Shown: positions 11,857-23,272 of the stretch, piece by piece | How the letters are laid out: every line of letters starts with the position of its first letter | Numbering within the stretch: position 1 is the stretch's first letter | Assembly (NCBI GenBank): GCA_030141605.1 | Contig: JAQGDQ010001222.1 | Coordinates: forward strand, 27,301 to 54,222 | Direction of reading: 5' to 3' | Source of the DNA: Tubiluchus corallicola | Lineage: Eukaryota > Animalia > Priapulida | DNA length: 26,922 nt | Position numbers and translations under genes: made by a program | Notes under the pieces: model-generated | The model's input: only the letters and a program-made list of their open reading frames with translations | Told to the model about the DNA's origin: nothing | Database searches by the model: none

Positions 11857-12292
11857 ATGATGATAATGATGATGATAATGACAATAACATGGCATTTATA
11901 AAAACGATGTTGATGATGATGATGATGATGATGAGGATGATAATGACAATAATGATGATGTTATGATGAAGATGATGATGATGATGATAGTGGTGGTGGT
12001 GACTGATGATGATGATGACGACGACGACGACGATGGTGATGATGATGTATGTTTTCGTTCAATATTTTAAATAGTTGATTGTTTTGACCTGCAGTTTAAA
12101 ATTGAGTCAATTTTGCTTTAAATAATTTTACCTAAATGTACTTTCTGCATTGACAAAGATTGTAATGTTAAGCTATGAACTTTAAACTAAATGTCTGTGG
12201 AAAAATTAGTACTATGTCAGTGTAACGTGCTACTACTTTACTAACGCGACGACGATGACGATAATGACAATAACGTGACATTTATAAAAACA

Positions 12293-12330
<38 letters not shown>

Positions 12331-12359
12331 AATGACAATAACATGGCATTTATAAAAAC

Positions 12360-12400
<41 letters not shown>

Positions 12401-15400
12401 CGATAATGATGTTGTTATGATGAAGATGATGATGATGATGATAGTGGTGGTGGTGACTGATGATGATGATGATGATGATGACGACGATGATGGTGATGAT
12501 GATGATGATGATGTATGTTTTCGTTCAATATTTTAAATGGTAGATTGTTTTGACCTGCAGTTTAAAATTGAGTCCGGTTTTGATTTAATGATTTTCGGTA
12601 TGTTTATTATGTACCAATAGCACATAGATCACTGTATCAGCTAAAACTAAACAATGTTGACAACTTAATGCATTAATCCGCCTACCAGAAGTTTTCCTTG
12701 TGACCCTTCAAGACAGCTTGGACGCCGCTGAGTTCCGGCACATCCGGAATGAAATCCAGGTCGTGGAAATGCTCCGACAACTCCCTCTCGTTCTCCACGA
12801 CGAGAAAGTTGAATATGTCCGCCACCTCTCTCGGTTGCGCGCCGAGCAGCGGCAGGAGAATCAACACGATCTGACCGATCAGGGGGCCAAGAGCGGCAAG
12901 CTTGACGCTGAAATTCGGGCAAAAAGAGCAAGATTGGCAAGACTCGCTAAAATGAAAGCAACATGCAAAAAGTTGAGACTTCATAAATGAATAATATAGC
13001 ATTCACACACTGTTGCATTGCATACAGGGCTTGCGTTGGCAGTAACGCGTACAAAATTAGTGAATTTAAACTCCCGTGTTAATTGTTAAGCGTGGCCATT
13101 TTAATGGTAAGTCGTTTGAAACAAGTTAAGATATGAATGGGTAAAGTTTGAGAAAATGATCGTAGCATACATTTCACAAAACCAAGCAAAAGTATCTTGT
13201 AAATAAAATACTTTTTCGATGAGTCAGTGGTGCACACTGGGGATCTGCTTATTCATTACCTATTTGGCTTTTTGTAAATACATAATTAGCACATAACTTA
13301 CTGTATCAATTTCTTTTCTACTGATCTGCTTATTCATTACCTATTTGGCTTTTTGAAAATACATAATTAGTGCATAATTTACTGTATCAATTTCTTTTCT
13401 GCTGGTCGGCTTATTCATTACTTATTTGGCTTTTGTAAATACATAATTAGTGCATAATTTACTGTATCAATTTCTTTTCTGCTGGTCTGCTTATTCATTA
13501 CCTATTTGGCTTTTTGTAAATACATAATTAGTGCATAATTTACTGTATCAATTTCTTTACTGGTCTGCTTATTCATTACCTATTTGGTTTTTTGTAAATA
13601 CATAATTAGTGCGTAATTTACTGTATCAATTTCTTTTCTGCTGGTCGGCTTATTCATTACTTATTTGGCTTTTGTAAATACATAATTAGTGCATAATTTA
13701 CTGTATAAATTTCTTTTCTGCTGGTCGGCTTATTCATTACCTATTTGGCTTTTTGTAAATACATAATTAGTGCATAATTTACTGTATCAATTTCTTTACT
13801 GGTCTGCTTATTCATTACCTATTTGGCTTTTTGTAAATACATAATTAGTGCATAATTTACTGTATCAATTTCTTTTCTACTGGTCTGCTTATTCATTACC
13901 TATTTGGCTTTTTGTAAATACATAATTAGTGCATAATTTACTGTATCAATTTCTTTTCTACTGGTCTGCTTAATCATTACCTATTTGGCTTTTTGTAAAT
14001 ACATAATTAGTGCATAATTTACTGTATCAATTTCTTTTCTACTGGTCTGCTTATTCATTACCTATTTGGCTTTTTGTAAATACATAATTAGTGCATAATT
14101 TACTGTATCAATTTCTTTACTGGTCTGCTTATTCATTACCTATTTGGTTTTTTGTAAATACATAATTAGTGCATAATTTACTGTATCAATTTCTTTACTG
14201 GTCTGCTTATTCATTACCTATTTGGCTTTTTGTAAATACATAATTAGTGCATAATTTACTGTATCAATTTCTTTTCTACTGGTCTGCTTATTCATTACCT
14301 ATTTGGCTTTTTGTAAATACATAATTAGTGCATAATTTACTGTATCAATTTCTTTTCTACTGGTCTGCTTAATCATAACCTATTTGGCTTTTTGTAAATA
14401 CATAATTAGTGCATAATTTACTGTATCAATTTCTTTTCTACTGGTCTGCTTATTCATTACCTATTTGGCTTTTTGTAAATACATAATTAGTGCATAATTT
14501 ACTGTATCAATTTCTTTTCTTCAGGTCTGCTTATTCATTACCTGTTTGGCTTTTGTAAATACATAATTAGTGCATAATTTACTGTATCAATTTCTTTTCT
14601 ACTGGTCTGCTTATTCATTACCTATTTGGCTTTTTGTAAATACATAATTAGTGCATAATTTACTGTATCAATTTCTTTTCTACTGGTCTGCTTATTCATT
14701 ACCTATTTGGCTTTTGTAAATACATAATTAGTGCATAATTTACTGTATCAATTTCTTTACTGGTCTGCTTATTCATTACCTATTTGGCTTTTTGTAAATA
14801 CATAATTAGGGCATAATTTACTGTATCAATTTCTTTTCTACTGGTCTGCTTATTCATTACCTATTTGGCTTCTGTTAAATACATAATTAGTGCATAATTT
14901 ACTGTATCAATTTCTTTACTGGTCTGCTTATTCATTACCTATTTGGTTTTTTGTAAATACATAATTAGTGCATAATTTACTGTATCAATTTCTTTACTGG
15001 TCTGCTTATTCATTACCTATTTGGCTTTTTGTAAATACATAATTAGTGCATAATTTACTGTATCAATTTCTTTACTGGTCTGCTTATTCATTACCTATTT
15101 GGCTTTTTGTAAATACATAATTAGTGCATAATTTACTGTATCAATTTCTTTACTGGTCTGCTTATTCATTACCTATTTGGCTTTTTGTAAATACATAATT
15201 AGTGCATAATTTACTGTATCAATTTCTTTCCTACTGGTCTGCTTATTCATTACCTATTTGGCTTCTGTTAAATACATAATTAGTGCATAATTTACTGTAT
15301 CAATTTCTTTTCTGCAGGTCTGCTTAATCATTACCCATTTGGCTTTTTGTAGAATCGGAGCTGCACAAGCTAGAGGGCGAAGGAGGTCAAGGGACCCAAC

Positions 15401-18400
15401 GGCCATGTGTAGAGGAGTAAACATTTAAAATCAGGAGTGGAGCCCCGAAGGCGGACCAGTGCAGCATGCTCACTGACTCCTGAGGCCAACCTGGTGCCAA
15501 ACGTATCGTGCCGCTTTCCTTTGGACTACACCAGGGAGGAAGAGAGGGGGTTCCTGTTGTCTGGGCAGCTCAGGATCTCCATACACCTTGCCCAGGCGTG
15601 CGCCCTGAAGACATTCAAGGAACGGACTGCTCAGCCACAGTCGACGCTGCGGCTCCATCAATGTGATCAATAACTGACTCTCTTGGAGCACATTCCGTTG
15701 TCTTCCGAGACAAAAGGAAGCCAACAACAAACCGCATGTGAACAGTGCTTAACTTACTTGTGCACGAATGTACACCAGGCTTTACAAGAAGACAAAGTGA
15801 AGCCTGGTTCCTTGTACTTCATGGAATGCCTGAGCGTGGCCATGACTTTCATGCGAATAGGGGTGATGTGTTTGGGCCCCATCAATCGCATCCAAGCTTC
15901 CAAGCTGTCCAAAGCCTAGAAAACAAATGGCAGTATATCAATTAGTAGTAAAATAACCAAGCAATTAATTATTGAAATTGATATTGTTTAATTAATAAAC
16001 TTTTTAATGTTAATTTCGAAAATGTTAAATAATGATTGAATGAACCCGCTATGTTATAATTTTGAAAATCAAACTTGAAGAAACAAAGAAAGTGCAAAAA
16101 ATTCTGGGATGCAATTTTGTGACTGAAAACATCAATTACCTTGTTTCATACATAATTTAAAATATCCAACTATCAAGGATACATGATGCCTAATTGTCTC
16201 AAAAACGCCCAAGTACTGGCCGCTCCTATGCAAAAGTATATAAAAACCGTCTGCAATTGACTCAAATAACTCTGCACAATTGATTCTATATTTTTATACA
16301 TAGAGATATACACGTGGTTACACTGATGTACGAGATGTAAACAAAGTGACGGCCTGCCAACTAGCGGTCAGCTTGTAAAATAATGTACTGGGTAAGTAAA
16401 AATTTTCTCAACGAATTTACCCGATTTACAAAAATGGCACTACTGGTCTTCCAAAAACTCGGAATTCCGCGTATTTGCGGAAATTTCTCATCCCTGGATG
16501 GATGATTCGCATGTAAACAATACAGTATCATTTTTAAATAAATTCATATCATTAATAATATCATTCGTATCATTTTACAACTCTGTAATGAACTTGCCAA
16601 TTTTTTCTCGTCTATGGAGCGCATGGAGTTGAGGAGATGAGCGTCAAAAAACGCGAGAAATCCCAAAAGCCTCGGCTGCAAGAATTCCGCCATCTCTTCC
16701 TCGCTGATTATTTGCTGCGGCGTTTTATCCTTTTCGGCCAACATCACCAAACCATTGAACACCTAGACAGTAGGGAAAAGAAAGATACGGATGACATCTA
16801 GAAATCAGGGATGAGAATGACAAATTGCAAAAACAGGCCGGGGGTTTGAAGCCAGCAACAAATTGCAATTTTGTGACCATAGAGAGCCTCTAAGTGGACT
16901 TGAAGTATCAACTTGTTTCATGCATAATTTAAAATACCTTAATATCAAGGATACATGACACCTATGATCGTGAAGCTTCAAAAAATTAACAAATTTTATT
17001 TTGCATATGTTTTGTTGCCTATATTTCATAAATTCTAAAATAAAAGTTGGTTTTATTCAAATGACACTTTGTTATTTCGGTTGTTTGCGTCTGGAGGCCT
17101 CAAAGCTTCACATTTGTATGAGTAATGAAGATGTGCCGCATTGCCATAAAAGGCATGCTATAAATCGTGCAGATTATTAAATAAACGATATTTATGCTAT
17201 ATTTGACTATTATAGTCAAAATTTTTCAGCAATTTTTAATATCTAGGAGATAAAAGGGAAGATGGATAAATACCTACTGAAAAATGCTAATGAAAGTTTC
17301 GGTTGCAATTTCGACGAAAACAAGGTTCAACCCCGAAAATTTTTCACAACGAATTTATGCAAGTAAACAGTTAAAGTATACCTGCTTATAATGTTTAGAC
17401 AGGTAGAACATATGTGTTTACAATGTGTAGACAGGTAAAGTATACCTGCTTATAATGTGTAGACAGGTAGAACATACCTGCTTATAATGTGTAAACAGTT
17501 AAAGCATACCTGTTTATAATGTGTATACAGGTAGAACATACCTGTTTATAAAGTGTAGACAGGTAAAGCATACCTGCTTATAGTGTGTAAACAGTCAAAG
17601 CATACTTGTTTATAAAGTGTATACAGGTAGAACATACTTGTTTATAAAGTGAAGACAGGTAGAACATGCTTGCTTATAATGTGTAGACGGGTAGAACATA
17701 TGTGTTTATAATGTGTAGACAGGTAGAACATACCTGTTTATAAAGTGTAGATAGGTAAAGCATGCTTGCTTATAATGTGTAGACAGGTAGAGCATACCTG
17801 CTTATAGTGTGTAAACAGTTAAAGCATACCTGCTTATAATGTGCAGACAGGTAAAGTATACCTGCTGATAATGTGTAGGCAGGTAGAGAATACCTGCTCA
17901 TAATGTGTAGACAGGTAGAACATATGTGTTTACATTGTGTAGACAGGTAGAACATAACTGTTATTAAAGCGTAGACAGATAAAGCATACCTGCTTATAAT
18001 GCGTAGACAGGTAAAGTATACCTGCTGATAATGTGTAGACAATGTAGAACATATGTGTTTACAATGTGTAGACAGGTAGAACATACCTGTTATTAAAGCA
18101 TAGACAGCTAAAGCATAGCTGCTTATAATGCGTAGACAGGTAAAGTATACCTGCTGATAATGTGAAGACAGGTAGAACATACCTGTTATTAAAGCGTAGG
18201 CAGATAAAGCATACCTGCTTATAATACGTAGACAGGTAGAGCATACCTGCTTATAATGCGTAGACAGGTAGAACATATGTGTTTACAATGTGTAGACAGT
18301 AGAACATATCTGTTATTAAAGCGAGACTGATAAAGCATACCTGCTTATAATGCGTAGACAGGTAGAGCAACACCTCGTTAAGCATGTCCTGATAATGCAG

Positions 18401-18806
18401 CCTCATCAATTTTCCCAGATCCAGTTCCGTCTCTTTCTGAACGTAGACGAGCACGTCCTTCAAGTTGACGTCCGATCGCACTCGTACCAGATAGGAGAAA
18501 ATGTAAGCAAAGTTCACAGCCAACATTTGCTTTTTAGCCTGTAAAGTGTGACGAAAATGTCCAGGTGTATAAACTTCTATACTTAGCAAATGTACATATT
18601 ACTTGACGTCTCTTACTCTCTCTCTTTTCCCTCTTCCCTCCTCTCTCTCTCTCTCTCTCTCTCCACCCTTTCCCATTGCTCTACACCCAAACACGTAACG
18701 TTCACGCTGTATCTTCAACACCAAAGATAAACTTGTAAACTCATTACGAATGTTAAATGTTGAACGAAAACAAATCGACACCCGCAACCCAAACACTCAC
18801 CAAATC

Positions 18807-18853
<47 letters not shown>

Positions 18854-18928
18854 TATTTATCTCTCTTCCCTCGCCCTCTCTTTCTCTTCCTCTCTTTATC
18901 TCTCTACCACTCTCTCTCTCTCCCTGAT

Positions 18929-19015
<87 letters not shown>

Positions 19016-22000
19016 CCTCTCCCTCCCACTGAAACTATTTGTTGCCATGAAACTATTTCTTACCATGTCGAGCTGTTTGCTGATGAGTCTGAGTATGACC
19101 GTGGCCTCGGGCGACGCCTTGCTGACCAGAACTGGCAACAGATACTGAAGATTTGCAGTGAGGAAAGACTGAACGTCGGCAAATTCGAACATGGCGACAA
19201 CTTTCTGCAGGACACCTAGCGGTTCCTCAGAGGACTTCTGCGAAACTCTGACATACAGAAAGTTCCCCAGAAACTGAAACATGCAAAAATAAGTTTTATT
19301 TGGGCTACTACTACTACCGCTGCTGCTGCTGCTGTTATTGCTACCACTACCACTACCACTACCACTACCACTACCACTACCACTACCACTACCACTACCA
19401 CTACCACTACCACTACTACTAATGCTATTTAATAATTTAATATGCATTGTGTTAATACTATTTAATATGCAGTCCACATATCCGCACATAATTGCTATCC
19501 ACCCATCCCGGAACCAAGTTTGAACCTAACCTAACTGCTAATAAGTTCATTCGCCAATTCAGCCGGCAAATTAACCCCCCCCCCCAGGCCAACGTGTTTC
19601 ACCAAGTTTCACCAAAATTTCAACAATTTGCATAGTCAAAACTTTAAAGGAAATAAGCGAAGACCTACCAAGCAGATATCCACGCGAAACTTGTTGAACA
19701 GATCCGTCGGCGAAAGTTTTTGACCGGCGGCGACATCTCGCAGTTGCAGCTGAGCAATTTCGGTCACTGACGGTTCTCCGGGCAATATGGCGTCCAGCAA
19801 ACTGACGGTGACCACACGCAGGACTTCAGTGTCTGCAATTCTGTTTTTACAAAAAAAATTAAGGCGCAGATTTCATTTGTCAAAAACAGCCACAAATAAA
19901 TACTGACGTTGACGAAAATCACTAAATTACGTGTACAGGGTGGTTGCTAAGTATTGACCAACTAGTATGCACTTTAAAATAAATTACATTTACGTACGTA
20001 CAGGGTGGTTCCTAAGTATTGACCAACTAGTATGCACTTTAGAAAATAAATTACGTGTACATACGTACAGGGTGGTTCCTAAGTCTTAATTAACTTATAT
20101 GCATTATCAAATGAATTAAATGTACGTAAGTACAGGGTGGTTCCTAAGACTTAATTAACTGATATGCAGTACAAAATAAATTACATGTATGTACAGGGTG
20201 GTTCCTAAGTCTTAACCAACTAGTATGCACTATAAAATATATTATGTTTACGTACGTACAGGGTGGTTCCTAAGTTTAAACTAACTAGTATGCAGCATAA
20301 AATAAATTGTGTGTACGTACGTACAGGGTGGTTCCTAAGTCTTAACTAACTAGTATGCACTATAAGGCTTTAAACAAATTTCAAAAATGAATTAATGACA
20401 AAATTGGTAGGTGCAATTATTTAAGAATACTAATTTACGTGAGTGAATTAAAAAAAATTAAAAAAATCGCACAAATCTGATTATTACCACTAAGAGTTAC
20501 AAAAATTCGTGCAAGGTCGATTGTTTCATTTATTCGCGGAGGAGTTGGTTTATGATATTTTCATGATGATAGAAACATTAAAAATCTTTCGCCGTGCGCT
20601 GCACATATTTGTGCAAAATACCTAGTCACCTAGTGCTCGAGTTGCAGTTGGTGATGTCCTTGTTTCATGTGCAAAAAGCAGCAGCGGCTCAAAGAGCAAA
20701 GCACTGTGCAAAGTGATTGAATGCAGGGATGAGATGACAAATTGCAAAAAACTCTGAAACAGGCTGGGGGTTTGGGGGCCGCGTAGGCCCCCATGGGGGT
20801 CCAAAGGCGAAGCCCTCTTGGACCCAGCAACAAATTGCAATTTTGTGACCATAGAGAGTCTAAGTGGACTTAAAATTAAAATATCAGTTAACATGTTTCA
20901 TGCATAATTTAAAATACCCAACTATCAAGGATACATGATACCTAATTGTCTCAAAAACGCCTAAGTACTGGCCGCTCCTATGCAAAAGTATATAAAAACT
21001 GTCTGCAATTGACTCAAATAACTCCGCACAATTGATTCTACATTTTTATACATAGAGATATACACGTGGTTACACTGGCGTACGTGATGTAAACAAAGTG
21101 ACGGCCTGCCAGCTAGCGGTCAGCTTGTGAATTAATGTGTTGGGTCAGTAAAAATTTTCTCAACGAATTTACGCGATTTACAAAAATGGCACTACTGGTC
21201 TTCCAAAAACTCGGAATTCCGCGTATCCGCGGAAAATTCTCATCCCTGCATAAATAATGAATTAAATAATTTAGTGATAACCCACCTTCCCAATTGGCCG
21301 TACGACAGCAAAACGTTCTCCTGTAGTCGAGTGTTTCTAGACGCCCTGCCGGTCACGTAGGCCGATTTCAGTTTGCTGACGATAGCCACGCGAATCTCGG
21401 TGCTGCCATCTTTTGACGCAGTCCCGCAACGAAGCAGGTACGGAACAACTTTGCTGAAATAACAAAGACGGTGGACGACGGTTAGTTGGCCGAGCTCTTT
21501 GTGTGCACAACTAAGCAGCCGCCGTGCTTGAAGAATAATACAAAATGTAAAATAATCCGTGTCTATCTAATCTTTTTCTATATGGAAGAAAAGGGGATCT
21601 ATTCAAAAACTTTCCATGCAAAGTTATATCACTTAGCATTTCGTTTACCTGCTAGAAAGACTTATGTAACTAGAAAGAAAATTATTAATTATTTAAAATG
21701 TTTTCATAAATTGGTAAAATATCACTGAGTCACCCTCCAAGGTGCACCACTCACTAACCAAAAAACGTATTTTTAATCTTATTAACAAGATACAGTAATT
21801 TTAAATTTTACTCTCAGTTAGTAACACGTGTGCGCTACGAATGCTCTGATTATTTTTTCAAACTTCACACAATGTTATCTAATCTTGTTTCAAATGACCT
21901 GTCGTCAAAATGGCTGCGTCTAACGGTCATCGCGGTAGTTTAAATTTACATGTTTTATACAGCGTGACTGCCGATTGAAGTCCTACATGCAAAAAGACAG

Positions 22001-23117
22001 TATGTAAGCGATATAAAATTTCAAGGGAAATTTTTATAGCTTTATCTAAGTTCTGGGTTTTCTTGTGCTATAATTTAAAAGGGTTGTGCCACTTCTTCGC
22101 CATCCCATAGTGCACCATTGATTCACCAAAAAAAACACACTTACATTGAAGTCATTTGTTTAAAGTCGCTCAAAAACGTTAACATGATTATTAGATGTTG
22201 TGTTAATTGAGGAACATGGTGAAAATGCAATTCAAAATTATAAGCCCTGGTGTTCTTAATATATGACTGTATAACTTATAAAGAAGCATTAAGCAGGTAC
22301 AGTGTTCCCTCATTTATCGTGGATGTTCTGTTCCAGGCCCACACGCGATAAGTGAATTTTTGTGAAGTAGGGACACTATACTTATTTTAGTAGTAATACA
22401 TTATTTTAAGTCTTTATAAACCCTCCCCACACTCTCATACATAACCCTTTCCCATTCCCTTAATAACTTTTCCCATACTGTACATGTACCTTTTAAAAAA
22501 CTTTACTTAAATGTTCATAAAAATGTTTTAAACTCTTAAACCTAGATACGTAATTTTAAAACTTTGATATGCGCTCTCACCATTGAGTAGCATCTCAAGT
22601 GGGCGCAAGTACTACATTTCGTTTTTGGTGTAATCATGCGCCGAATAAATACACCATTTACTGTAAATAGTCATTTTTAATGACTTATAATATTCTTTTA
22701 ATGTTAGAATTAATATTTTTAATATATTTTTATACATTTTGTGATTTTTTATGCAAAATTCATCAAATCTATACATTACTGTACAATACATACTACGCCT
22801 GCGCAAAAATACTTTAGACGTAGTACCGAAAAAACCCGCGAAACAGCGAGTCCGCGATAAAGGAACCGCGAAGCAGCAAGGGAACACTGTATTGTAGAAC
22901 AAAAATAAACCTTTGGCCGCAGTTACCACTGATAGAGAGCCCTGAGGAAACACTGTACTAAAATTATAATTTTGAAGCTTTTTTTTGGTTATAGAAATTC
23001 AACAATTAGTTGAAGAAATATCACAATACAGTCTATAATACATATTTTGTGAAATGAAAAAAAGGGGGGAAAAACAAAGAGCAGATAGCAAAAAGGCAAC
23101 AGAAGAGAGGGAGAGAG

Positions 23118-23206
<89 letters not shown>

Positions 23207-23213
23207 GAGAAAA

Positions 23214-23272
<59 letters not shown>

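Noticed and set aside
12700-12990. 96-aa plus-strand ORF
   Set aside because: Antisense shadow of the GC-rich exon W9.
17770-18276. 168-aa repetitive ORF as an extra ATR coding exon
   Set aside because: It is the translation of the 32-bp array. W6 joins W7 directly in register with human ATR, and read-through from W6 stops at 18251-18253.
18750-19523. Poly-SL, poly-RE, poly-GS, poly-V and poly-LP ORFs (similar ones at 22999-23275 and 26192-26408)
   Set aside because: Translations of microsatellites.
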